Source: a virus
Taxonomy: Duplodnaviria; Heunggongvirae; Uroviricota; Caudoviricetes
Direction: 5' to 3' (one strand)
Length of the DNA: 18,849 bases
IMG/VR virus record: IMGVR_UViG_3300034156_000107
Shown here piece after piece: positions 1 to 8,217 of this stretch. The position numbers and the translations under genes are program-made. Every line of letters starts with the position of its first letter. Within the stretch, counting starts at the first letter, position 1. The notes under the pieces were generated by a model. The model made no database searches and had not been told where the DNA came from. It was given only the letters and a program-made list of their open reading frames with translations.

Positions 1-2
1 CG

Positions 3-764
3 AAAGGTTCTGTCGAAGAAGGTCATTTGATCACTCTTGAGTATAATGGCGGTGTCAAAGGTGAAGCCCCTATTGTGCTGGTAGGTAAAGGTTTGACGTT
101 TGACTCAGGTGGTATTTCTATCAAGCCATCCCGTGGTATGGGTCGCATGAAAGGTGACATGGGGGGTGCAGCTACCGTTCTTGCATCGTTGATTTATGCG
201 ATTGAAACCAATGTGAAGAAAAACATTGTGGCGATCATTGCAACGTGTGAAAACATGCCAGATGCTGCTGCTCTGAAACCGGGTGATGTGATTACCGCTA
301 AAAATGGTAAGACCATTGAAGTGGAAGATACAGACGCAGAAGGTCGTTTGGTGTTGGCTGACGCTCTTTGCCATGCTCAAACCTTTAATGGTGCTGTAAC
401 CATCGACTTTGCGACACTAACAGGTGCTGTGATTGCGGCTATCGGCCATGTTCACACTGGCTTGTTCACTGAAAGTGATGAGTGGGCTGAAACCCTTCTT
501 GCGGCGGGTAAAGCTTCTGGTGATACAGCGTGGCGTTTGCCGATGGGTGATGAGTATAATCATTTTCTTGAAAGCTCTGTTGCCGATTTGAACAACCTTT
601 GCTTGGGTCAGGGTGCAGGAGCCACCAACGGTGCTATTTTCTTACGTGAGTTCGCTCCCAAAGAAAACTGGGTTCACCTTGATATTGCGGGCACCAGCGA
701 TCACAATGGCGGTACCGGACGACCTGTTGGTTTGATGTCGCATTTCTTGGACACCTTCCGTTAA
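3..764 (+). CDS. pepA: M17 leucyl aminopeptidase (PepA-like), catalytic C-terminal domain; 5' truncated by window edge
   Basis: Motifs VGKGLTFDSGG, MKGDMGGAA, (D)TDAEGRL, DFATLTGA, WVHLDIAGT, TGRPV. The frame is open from base 3 (KGSVEEGH precedes the listed TTG at 27). Confidence 0.95.
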   Translation, partial: KGSVEEGHLITLEYNGGVKGEAPIVLVGKGLTFDSGGISIKPSRGMGRMKGDMGGAATVLASLIYAIETNVKKNIVAIIATCENMPDAAALKPGDVITAKNGKTIEVEDTDAEGRLVLADALCHAQTFNGAVTIDFATLTGAVIAAIGHVHTGLFTESDEWAETLLAAGKASGDTAWRLPMGDEYNHFLESSVADLNNLCLGQGAGATNGAIFLREFAPKENWVHLDIAGTSDHNGGTGRPVGLMSHFLDTFR

Positions 765-780
765 TCGACATTGATGTATT

Positions 781-806
781 AAAAAGAGCCTTCATGGCTC
801 TTTTTT
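781..806 (+). terminator. Intrinsic terminator after pepA
   Basis: AAAAAGAGCC-ttcat-GGCTCTTTTTT. Confidence 0.9.
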
Positions 807-825
807 CTTTTCCACTCTTATAAAA

Positions 826-854
826 TTGATTAATATTGTTTTTTGTGATATTAT
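826..854 (+). promoter_or_regulatory. sigma70-type promoter
   Basis: TTGATT-17-TATTAT; the -10 sits inside the inverted repeat at 843-859. Confidence 0.75.
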
Positions 855-885
855 CACAATCCATTAAATTAAAAGGTGTTCTCAT

Positions 886-1581
886 ATGTTAAATTCCTGT
901 ATTCAAGAACTTGCAATAGAACCAAAAGAGAGTGTTGGGCCTGCACAGCTACAAATTCAGAAATTAAAAATTGTTGAAAATGCTATTAAAGTCATTGAAA
1001 CCTTTAAAGTTTCCTCAACGCTTTCGGAGCATCTTTCTGTTTGTCTTATTGATAACAATTCTTATTTTGATGAAAGATTTTCATTGGTTGTTGATTACTC
1101 AAAAGACGAAGGTATCAAAGGCACGTCTTTGCTTACTTTTAAAGATGTTGGCAATGTTTTAAACTTCAAATTAGGTTTTAGTGAAGTGTCTAAAAAACCT
1201 TCCACTATTAAAATTCAATTTGATAAAAACCAAAATATTGAAAATGTTATTTTCCAGCTTCGGTTAAACCTCAGAAACAATAGATTTGACGCCACAGAAA
1301 TTCAATTGACTTGTGATGGCTCTTTTAAATTGTTTGATTATCAATACACATCTATCCTCGTTGACCCGACAACAAAATCATTGATTAGAAATCAAATTCT
1401 TAAAGATGAAAAAACTTTATTTGATTTGTCGGATGAAGTGTTCTTTATTAATATGAAGATCAATAAGAAAAATGACGTGCTTACTGATTTGGTTCCAGAA
1501 CTTTTCATACCGTCTGCTTATGATTTCAATAGTTTTGATTTTCAATCTCGTTTTGAAATGATTGATATGGTTCTTTATTGA
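886..1581 (+). CDS. Hypothetical protein, 231 aa, with the shared C-terminal motif (..FEMIDMVLY)
   Basis: Long ORF, AAGGTG RBS, own promoter and terminator. Confidence 0.85.
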   Translation: MLNSCIQELAIEPKESVGPAQLQIQKLKIVENAIKVIETFKVSSTLSEHLSVCLIDNNSYFDERFSLVVDYSKDEGIKGTSLLTFKDVGNVLNFKLGFSEVSKKPSTIKIQFDKNQNIENVIFQLRLNLRNNRFDATEIQLTCDGSFKLFDYQYTSILVDPTTKSLIRNQILKDEKTLFDLSDEVFFINMKINKKNDVLTDLVPELFIPSAYDFNSFDFQSRFEMIDMVLY

Positions 1582-1598
1582 TTGAACTTTTGATGAAC

Positions 1599-1623
1599 AA
1601 AAGAGCCTTTATAGGCTCTTTTT
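1599..1623. terminator. Bidirectional intrinsic terminator
   Basis: AAAAGAGCC-tttata-GGCTCTTTTT between convergent genes; near-copy of the 781 terminator. Confidence 0.9.
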
Positions 1624-2028
1624 CTTTTGTGGTGTAAAAATCTTTTGCTTCATGTGATGAAGTTCTTTTCTTTCTAGTATCAGTGCATCTGGATTACTAT
1701 CGTCTACAATAATCCAGTCAAAGAATAATAAGATGACCAATCGCTCTTTATCTTCTGGTTCATAGTGCAAGTTATGTTTTTCTTTTTCAAGATATTCAGC
1801 AACTTCTGTATAGTTTTTAAACTTCCATTTTTTCTGCTTGCTTTCGATTGTTTTTTTTCTTTCAAACACGCCCATCATTTTCAATATAATTAGAAGTACA
1901 ATGAATTCGATGACAACCAGTACCCAATTAATTGATTGATGTAACAAAAAATCATTTGCAATACCAAAGGCAGATCCTATTGCATAGACAACCAAACCTA
2001 AAAATATTAATAAATCTAACATTATCAT
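1609..2028 (-). CDS. Hypothetical membrane protein (2 N-terminal TM segments, charged C-terminal tail), about 139 aa
   Basis: GGAG RBS favours ATG 2028 over GTG 2037; two hydrophobic stretches. Confidence 0.8.
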   Translation of the reverse strand: MIMLDLLIFLGLVVYAIGSAFGIANDFLLHQSINWVLVVIEFIVLLIILKMMGVFERKKTIESKQKKWKFKNYTEVAEYLEKEKHNLHYEPEDKERLVILLFFDWIIVDDSNPDALILERKELHHMKQKIFTPQKKKSL

Positions 2029-2094
2029 TTTAATCACTCCTTCTTGGTACCTATATCTTATAATGATAATCGGTTAAATCAACTTTTATTTTCT

Positions 2095-2123
2095 TTGACT
2101 TTTATTGTTATTTATATTATAAT
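2095..2123 (+). promoter_or_regulatory. sigma70-type promoter
   Basis: TTGACT-17-TATAAT. Confidence 0.85.
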
Positions 2124-2163
2124 CCGAACGGTTTAATCAATATTTATTTAATTGGAGGCTTTG

Positions 2164-2943
2164 ATGGATTTGAAACTTTTCATAAAAAAAACAATGACAT
2201 TTAGCCACAATGTTTTATTCAATTACACTGGTTTGTTGAGTGTCTTGTTTTTTGCTATCAGCTATTTCTCATTCACTTATTTTCAAAATGAACAGATTCA
2301 CTTGGTTTATTACACATTGTTACTTACACCTATTTTCTATGGTTTTGCCTTCATTTACCAATTAGGACTATTTGTAAAAAACAAAATCACACTTGAAGGT
2401 CATGTTTTTAAAAATCTCTTAGAAAATCTTCATCCCGGTCGAGAAAAAGCCTTTTACGATAACTTTTTCCCATTTTTCTTAATTATGTGTTTATCATCTT
2501 TTTATTGTTTAGGTTTAATATTTTTTCCACGATTCATAGAATCAATTAGCCTTCTTTATCAAAAGCCTTTTGACAACTTTGCTTCAAGTTTTCTTTTATT
2601 TAGTATTTCTAGTTTTTATGTTTTTATTAGTTGTTTGGCTTTTAAAATATTACAAAAAGGTAATCTATTATTGTCAGAATCAATTTCTGTTAAAAATGAA
2701 TACTGTTCAAAGCATGAAATCTCTGCACAAGATTCTTCTGATATGATGTTTACTCTTTATGATGGTAACGTTATTAATGTATTGTTTGATGATCTAATTG
2801 TTAATGTTAAAAAGGATGAAGCTATTTACAAAAAGAAAAAATACAAGCATACCGCATTAAACAGTTATCTCAACGAAACGGGATTAACCCTCAAAGAATT
2901 ATCACCGTCAGACTGGGCAGTTGTGGATTTTATGTCCATTTGA
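2164..2943 (+). CDS. Hypothetical multi-TM membrane protein with soluble C-terminal part ending in the shared motif (..AVVDFMSI), about 259 aa
   Basis: GGAGG RBS before ATG 2164; about 4 hydrophobic segments. Confidence 0.85.
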   Translation: MDLKLFIKKTMTFSHNVLFNYTGLLSVLFFAISYFSFTYFQNEQIHLVYYTLLLTPIFYGFAFIYQLGLFVKNKITLEGHVFKNLLENLHPGREKAFYDNFFPFFLIMCLSSFYCLGLIFFPRFIESISLLYQKPFDNFASSFLLFSISSFYVFISCLAFKILQKGNLLLSESISVKNEYCSKHEISAQDSSDMMFTLYDGNVINVLFDDLIVNVKKDEAIYKKKKYKHTALNSYLNETGLTLKELSPSDWAVVDFMSI

Positions 2944-2982
2944 TGGTATAATCCATTCATTACTTTAAGGTGGTGTGACTCT

Positions 2983-3681
2983 ATGTTTAGACTTCCCAAT
3001 TTGATGAAGGAAAAAGAGCGAGAAATCGACTATCTCAGTCGGTTGTCCGTTCATCCACGCTGCACACTGAAAACTACCAAAGAAGTTCAACGCATTCTAG
3101 TCGATTTTATTCAGCGGAATAAACTTGATCTCAATGGTCAAACAGGACGGCGTTATGTGACGTTCAGGGAACATGGGTTTGAGGAATCCTTCATTGGTGG
3201 TTTTGGTTCTCGCCATCAAATTGCCCACCTTATTATTGATAAAGAATTCAACATCAAAGATCATGCTGCGACAAACTTTATCAATATTGTCAAACTGTAT
3301 GAAAAGATTGACATGGATGCAATATTAACAGAAGAATGTGTGACTTTTTCTTTGAAAGAAGGTTACACCAAACTTGAAGATGTCGAATACGTTGAATTTG
3401 TTTACAATGCCTGTATTTCTAACGACAAATGGTATTACCCAGAATCAAAGATCCTTGTTCGCCATTACCTTGATGGAGCAGAACCTTCGTTCTCAATGGT
3501 AGACCGTGAAGACATTGATATGGATCTGCTTATTACCTTAACAACCTCTCTCACTAGATTTAATGATATCCTTCCACCATTCATTGAAAGTCACAAAGAA
3601 GCTTTTTGTGCAAAGCTCGGGATTGATAGCACTGATTTTAGCGATGACACAAATATGCTTATTCAGATGATGGATGTTTGA
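2983..3681 (+). CDS. Hypothetical protein, 232 aa, with the shared C-terminal motif (..MLIQMMDV)
   Basis: Long ORF, AAGGTGG RBS, TGnTATAAT at 2944-2952. Confidence 0.85.
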   Translation: MFRLPNLMKEKEREIDYLSRLSVHPRCTLKTTKEVQRILVDFIQRNKLDLNGQTGRRYVTFREHGFEESFIGGFGSRHQIAHLIIDKEFNIKDHAATNFINIVKLYEKIDMDAILTEECVTFSLKEGYTKLEDVEYVEFVYNACISNDKWYYPESKILVRHYLDGAEPSFSMVDREDIDMDLLITLTTSLTRFNDILPPFIESHKEAFCAKLGIDSTDFSDDTNMLIQMMDV

Positions 3682-3731
3682 TTTTCATTGAATAATCTGT
3701 TAGAATACAGGATATTTAAGGAGATTAAACT

Positions 3732-3962
3732 ATGTTGAATTCTGTTGCAGATGTCGCCGCTTTTGCGGAATCAATGGGCAAAGACTACCATTACAATGGT
3801 GTGCTTGCTTTGATGGAAAAGGATCGCATTCTTCCATTCTACGAAAGTAAGTCACTTGAAGTCTACAAAGGTGTTGGTAAGGATTATGGTTGGTCGGAAG
3901 CTCTTTGCGAAATCTTTGATGCTTATGTTGAAAAACATGGCGATCAGGAGCTGACTGATTAA
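3732..3962 (+). CDS. Small hypothetical protein, 76 aa
   Basis: AAGGAG RBS, followed by terminator. Confidence 0.85.
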   Translation: MLNSVADVAAFAESMGKDYHYNGVLALMEKDRILPFYESKSLEVYKGVGKDYGWSEALCEIFDAYVEKHGDQELTD

Positions 3963-3986
3963 TTCGTTTTGTATTTGTCATTAAAT

Positions 3987-4009
3987 AAGAGGCTTCGGCC
4001 TCTTTTTTT
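3987..4009 (+). terminator. Intrinsic terminator (identical to 8331-8353)
   Basis: AAGAGGC-ttcg-GCCTCTTTTTTT. Confidence 0.92.
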
Positions 4010-4010
4010 G

Positions 4011-4039
4011 TTGCCTAAAATTCTTGTTTTTGTTATAAT
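4011..4039 (+). promoter_or_regulatory. sigma70-type promoter abutting terminator
   Basis: TTGCCT-17-TATAAT. Confidence 0.8.
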
Positions 4040-4073
4040 GGCTTCAATAATTTTTAACTTGATGGATATTAAA

Positions 4074-4649
4074 ATGTTCAAAAATATCATTGCAATAGCC
4101 TTGTTGATCATCACCGCTACGTTGGCCGGTTGCTCGGGTAATCCACAATATGGCCCGCTGACTTCCATCAATGCTGATAAATCGGTAGACATTGGCTCCT
4201 ATGTCCAGTGGAATGATGAGTATGCTGTTACGGCTAAGCATGTTAAAAATGTAAAGAACGTTGCTTATGTCTCCAAACAATATGACTTGGTATTCTTCAA
4301 GCATAAGTCGTCAGCACCTTTGAAATGGGCTGATACGAAAGTCAATGAACCGCTAGTTTCCAAAGGTTTTCCTTTCTTCCCACAACGACTAAAAGAAAAT
4401 GTTGTTTCTGCTAACAATGTCAACGTCAATCTCACTTTGGATAACGTGCCGCATTATTTCTTGATGGACGCTCAACTGGTGGGTGGTATGTCAGGTGGCC
4501 CAGTGTTTAATCAATATAACGAAGTGGTTGGTATTAACATTGGTTACACAAACAAACGTTATAATATTGACCATAAAGAACAAGTTTACTCGATTTACCT
4601 CTCACACCAAGGCATTCAGCAAGAATGGAATAAATTTGTTTCACAATAA
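4074..4649 (+). CDS. Lipoprotein with trypsin-like (S1/PA clan) serine protease domain, about 191 aa
   Basis: Signal peptide with lipobox LAG-C; TAKHV (His), YDLV (Asp), GMSGGP (Ser). The promoter position excludes the listed start at 3969. Confidence 0.85.
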   Translation: MFKNIIAIALLIITATLAGCSGNPQYGPLTSINADKSVDIGSYVQWNDEYAVTAKHVKNVKNVAYVSKQYDLVFFKHKSSAPLKWADTKVNEPLVSKGFPFFPQRLKENVVSANNVNVNLTLDNVPHYFLMDAQLVGGMSGGPVFNQYNEVVGINIGYTNKRYNIDHKEQVYSIYLSHQGIQQEWNKFVSQ

Positions 4650-4676
4650 TTAATGTCGCTATGGTTAACTATTCAG

Positions 4677-4700
4677 AAACCTCTTCATTGAGGTTTTTTT
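4677..4700 (+). terminator. Intrinsic terminator
   Basis: AAACCTC-ttcatt-GAGGTTTTTTT. Confidence 0.88.
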
Positions 4701-4701
4701 G

Positions 4702-4730
4702 TTGCTATTTTTCTAATAAACCTGTATAAT
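4702..4730 (+). promoter_or_regulatory. sigma70-type promoter abutting terminator
   Basis: TTGCTA-17-TATAAT. Confidence 0.8.
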
Positions 4731-4759
4731 CCTTTTATTAATTTGGAGCGTTCTCGCTT

Positions 4760-5068
4760 ATGAAGATTTATATTGTCAATAAAGACACATTGGTAGCCTT
4801 GGAATTAGGTGACCTGTATTACATTACAGAAGAATCTGAATTTGAAGAATATACTAGCCAAGAACTTCTTGGCAATCTTTGCAATCAGACAGCAGAAATC
4901 ACAGCTCGCATTAAAAAAGCATTACTTGATTTTGGTGTAGCCGACAATGAGATGATTTTTGGCCCAAAAGATTACATTATTAAGTCGCCATCCTCTGAGT
5001 TCTTTCTCTATTGTGAAGATACTATTCAGGATAATTTTACCGTTATACCGCTTTTGGAACAAAAATAA
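4760..5068 (+). CDS. Hypothetical acidic protein, 102 aa
   Basis: GGAG RBS, first gene after promoter. Confidence 0.8.
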   Translation: MKIYIVNKDTLVALELGDLYYITEESEFEEYTSQELLGNLCNQTAEITARIKKALLDFGVADNEMIFGPKDYIIKSPSSEFFLYCEDTIQDNFTVIPLLEQK

Positions 5069-5086
5069 TATTATTGGAGGTAACCT

Positions 5087-5326
5087 ATGCATAATAATGA
5101 TTCAACTGATAACAACAATCGACCACCACAGCGAGATCGGTCTGGTCGTCGGAATCGGAATCCATTACCTAGTCAAATTCCTGTACCACCTCCCGAAGCA
5201 CCCGTGGCACATTCGAAAAAAAGTCCTTCTTTTTCAACATTGAAAAATATTGTTATGGACACTGAAAGTCTTACAGCAGAACAAAAACTTGAACTGATTG
5301 ACAAGATCAGTGATTTGTACACTTAA
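5087..5326 (+). CDS. Pro-rich small protein, paralog A
   Basis: GGAGG RBS; C-terminal TLKNIVMDTESLTAEQKLELIDKISDLY shared with the next gene. Confidence 0.85.
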   Translation: MHNNDSTDNNNRPPQRDRSGRRNRNPLPSQIPVPPPEAPVAHSKKSPSFSTLKNIVMDTESLTAEQKLELIDKISDLYT

Positions 5327-5346
5327 TTATTGAAATGGAGCAACCT

Positions 5347-5619
5347 ATGTCAGCAAAAGAACCAACACCGTACCCTGATAATTTGAAAAGACGTGGTGAC
5401 AATCGCCCTGATCATGAATGTTTTACTAACGTCAATCCACCTGCACCAGCTAATTGTCGCCCGCTTAAAGCACCCGTCGCTCCACCACGACCACCTAAAC
5501 CTTATGCAGAGCATTCACCCACATTTTTGACATTGAAAAATATCATTATGGATGACGAAAGCCTTTCTCCCGAACAGAAACTTGGGTTGATCGACAAAAT
5601 TAGTGAATTATATAGATAG
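5347..5619 (+). CDS. Pro-rich small protein, paralog B
   Basis: GGAG-caacct-ATG at 5347 mirrors the RBS of paralog A; C-terminal TLKNIIMDDESLSPEQKLGLIDKISELY. Confidence 0.85.
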   Translation: MSAKEPTPYPDNLKRRGDNRPDHECFTNVNPPAPANCRPLKAPVAPPRPPKPYAEHSPTFLTLKNIIMDDESLSPEQKLGLIDKISELYR

Positions 5620-5620
5620 G

Positions 5621-5649
5621 TTGCCAACTACCTTCATTTAAGCTATACT
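5621..5649 (+). promoter_or_regulatory. sigma70-type promoter
   Basis: TTGCCA-17-TATACT. Confidence 0.7.
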
Positions 5650-5678
5650 GTTAGCTATTAAATTGTTGAGGTTTCATC

Positions 5679-6170
5679 ATGGATCAGTTAGCTTATTTGA
5701 AAAAAAGCATTCTTGTTTTTGGCATTTTGTTTGTGGCTTGCCTTGCTTGCATTTATGGTTCTTATCGTTTGCATGATTATGGTGAATACCGGACTCACAA
5801 AGAAACTCGACATGCTCGCATGATTGATGTCTTTGACGAGCACTCTCATTATAAAGGGCAGGATTACTATTACACTTATGGCTACTTTGTTGATCGTGAG
5901 TCTGGTAATCATTTTACTGATGATATTACTGAAACAACTTTCAAATCTTTTAAAAACAATGGCAACAAAGGGATTGAAACCAGTTGGCCTTACAGTATTG
6001 ACAAGACAGAACAAACATCAAAAGGTGATTTCGCATTGATAGTTGGATTTCTTGGCATGATTTTTTTCACTTGCTTTGGGGTGTTCAATGCGTCTCAATT
6101 GATTATGGCTATCCATCGACGTAGCGAGTTGAAAGAAAAATTAACAGTGTTCAACAAAAAAAGCCCTTGA
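5679..6170 (+). CDS. Membrane protein with two TM segments flanking an exported domain; paralog of 8452-8892
   Basis: GAGG RBS; N- and C-terminal TM; GYFVDRESGNHF..I..K.I..D..EQTSKG aligns with GYFLDKETNLKF..I..KPI..D..EDTSDG. Confidence 0.85.
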   Translation: MDQLAYLKKSILVFGILFVACLACIYGSYRLHDYGEYRTHKETRHARMIDVFDEHSHYKGQDYYYTYGYFVDRESGNHFTDDITETTFKSFKNNGNKGIETSWPYSIDKTEQTSKGDFALIVGFLGMIFFTCFGVFNASQLIMAIHRRSELKEKLTVFNKKSP

Positions 6171-6181
6171 TGGGCTTTTTT
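6156..6181. terminator. Bidirectional intrinsic terminator
   Basis: AAAAAAAGCCC-ttgat-GGGCTTTTTT between convergent genes. Confidence 0.9.
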
Positions 6182-6195
6182 GTTAATCAATACCA

Positions 6196-8073
6196 TTAAA
6201 TAGGTGGTGGCCCGATGTTCACTGCAATCGTCTGCGTGGCTTTTACTCCACTCAGTGATGTGGCAGTTAATGTGTAGACTATAACGCCTTGAACCTGTGG
6301 TGTAATCACACCTTCACCACCCGTAGTCACTGCTGTGCTCACACCTGAACCTGTGACTGAGCCTGTCAATTTGTAATCAACGGTATTAGTCCCCGACCAG
6401 TAGACAATGAATGGCACGTATTGTTGACCTGTTGTTGGACCTGTGAACGATGTGATAACGGGTGGTGCTGCTACCGTAATCGTTACTGTTCTTGTAGCTG
6501 AACGTGTCACTCCATTTAATGTTTTAGCATTTGTTAACGTATAAACATAGCTTCCATTTGTGGCGGGAGCTGTTACTACTGTTGAACTTCCTGAAACGAC
6601 GCCTACGGATCTATCTATAGAGACGATTTCAGCATTACTTATGTTCCAAGATAATGTAAACGTATTGTTTGGACCCACAGCCGAGGCTGACGTTGTGAAA
6701 CTGCTGATGGTCGGATCAGCAACCACTGCAACATCTATTTTTTTCGTCACTGTTGTTCCAGCCGCATTTTTTGCAGTGATTGTATAGGTATAATCGCCTG
6801 TTGATGTGGGTGTAATATTTCGACTGGTGCTTGTTCCCATATCAATAGTCGAACTGATACCTGACCCAGAACCACCACTGCTTTTAATGGTGTAGTTAGT
6901 CGATCCTGTTGCGGTAAATGACAATGTAAAAGCAGTATTTCTAAATACTGTATTAGGGGCTGTTAACGTCACTATCACGGGAGCTGGTAGTAACACTGAT
7001 ACAGCAATACCTTTGGTTACTGAGCGGCCAGCAGGGTTTGTTGCTACCATTATGAAGTTAGTTGTTCCTGATGTTGCATTGCTCATTATTGTCATAGCAC
7101 CTCCTGTTTTTGGGGCACCATTGATTACATATGTTGATACGCCATCATCAACCCATGTAAAATCTAATTGTGTGTTAGGTGATACAGTTAAACCACAGCA
7201 AATACTATTGGCATAGAACGCATCCAGTGATGGTATATTATAGACATCCACCGTTCTTTCTTGATTGATTACTAATCCGTTAAAACTGGTGACTTCTAAC
7301 TTGTAGTTGAAATTTCCAGCAGTCCCAAATGGTACTGCCCGAGAACCTACAGCAGATTCATTTCCACCATTTAATTTTACAATCGTAGAATCGCTGACAT
7401 CCCAATTAAAGTTGGCTATATCGCCCACACTGACTTTTGTTTTATCCACAGTGAAACTATTAATCACTGCAGTGGATTCAACTTCGATTGTAACCGTCTT
7501 GGTGATGTTGGGTTGACCTGCATAACCATAAGCAATGAGTGTATACGTTGCTGTTTGAGTGGGTGTTATACTGTAACTTGTATTGGTGTAATCTGTTTTA
7601 CTCAGTAACCCTACTATTTCTATAAATTCTACGTTTTCTGTATTCCATATTAAATTAACAGTGTCGCCTTTACCTATTTTTAATGAACTAGCACTAAAAT
7701 CAGCCGTAGGTGGCGGTTGGTTAACACTGATTGTTATTTGTTGTGTGGTTGTTTCTCCACCATGTTTGATTATAACCGTGTAGGTGGTTGTTACGTTAGG
7801 TGATAGGAGGAAAGCTCCTGACTTATTGCTTGATGTATATATTGAGTAACCTTGAATACTTATTTCTTCTAAATCATTGTAATTCCAGTTTAGCAAGGAT
7901 GAATTTCCACGATTTATAACGTTTGGTGTCACTTTTAAATCTCTTACTGTTTGCGTTGGACCGTCTATTATGTCTGCGAATTCCTCTTGTGGCAATGGTA
8001 TCACGACTGTATATTCTGCGGAAGCTATTCCAGTTGACATCATCATCAATAAGGTTATTATTTTTTTATTCAT
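6196..8073 (-). CDS. Secreted Thr/Ser-rich protein with about 7 tandem Ig/PKD-like beta-sandwich repeats (adhesin-like), 625 aa
   Basis: Sec signal MNKKIITLLMMMSTGIASA; ~80-aa repeats of pattern P.I.SF......G....L.W ... Y.L.A......T..V.V. Confidence 0.85.
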   Translation of the reverse strand: MNKKIITLLMMMSTGIASAEYTVVIPLPQEEFADIIDGPTQTVRDLKVTPNVINRGNSSLLNWNYNDLEEISIQGYSIYTSSNKSGAFLLSPNVTTTYTVIIKHGGETTTQQITISVNQPPPTADFSASSLKIGKGDTVNLIWNTENVEFIEIVGLLSKTDYTNTSYSITPTQTATYTLIAYGYAGQPNITKTVTIEVESTAVINSFTVDKTKVSVGDIANFNWDVSDSTIVKLNGGNESAVGSRAVPFGTAGNFNYKLEVTSFNGLVINQERTVDVYNIPSLDAFYANSICCGLTVSPNTQLDFTWVDDGVSTYVINGAPKTGGAMTIMSNATSGTTNFIMVATNPAGRSVTKGIAVSVLLPAPVIVTLTAPNTVFRNTAFTLSFTATGSTNYTIKSSGGSGSGISSTIDMGTSTSRNITPTSTGDYTYTITAKNAAGTTVTKKIDVAVVADPTISSFTTSASAVGPNNTFTLSWNISNAEIVSIDRSVGVVSGSSTVVTAPATNGSYVYTLTNAKTLNGVTRSATRTVTITVAAPPVITSFTGPTTGQQYVPFIVYWSGTNTVDYKLTGSVTGSGVSTAVTTGGEGVITPQVQGVIVYTLTATSLSGVKATQTIAVNIGPPPI

Positions 8074-8182
8074 GATATATAAAAGATGTTATACTTATTA
8101 TATATATTATAGTATAAATATCCGATATCAATGGGCTACTTTTAGTTTTTTTATAAATTATCCTCTAAAAACAACAAAAAGC

Positions 8183-8211
8183 TTTACAGCATTGTGTTTT
8201 TTTGATATTAT
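8183..8211 (+). promoter_or_regulatory. sigma70-type promoter for a short non-coding unit
   Basis: TTTACA-17-TATTAT. Confidence 0.7.
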
Positions 8212-8217
8212 TGTGTT

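Noticed and set aside
330-355. Inactivation of PepA by the NTDAEGRL to DTDAEGRL change
   Set aside because: All Lys/Asp/Glu metal ligands and the catalytic Arg remain; no basis to call a pseudo-enzyme.
843-859. Canonical CRP site
   Set aside because: Spacing is N5 rather than the required N6.
6196-8073. A-ending codon bias as proof of horizontal acquisition
   Set aside because: The window is T-rich on the + strand overall, so minus-strand genes would show this bias anyway.
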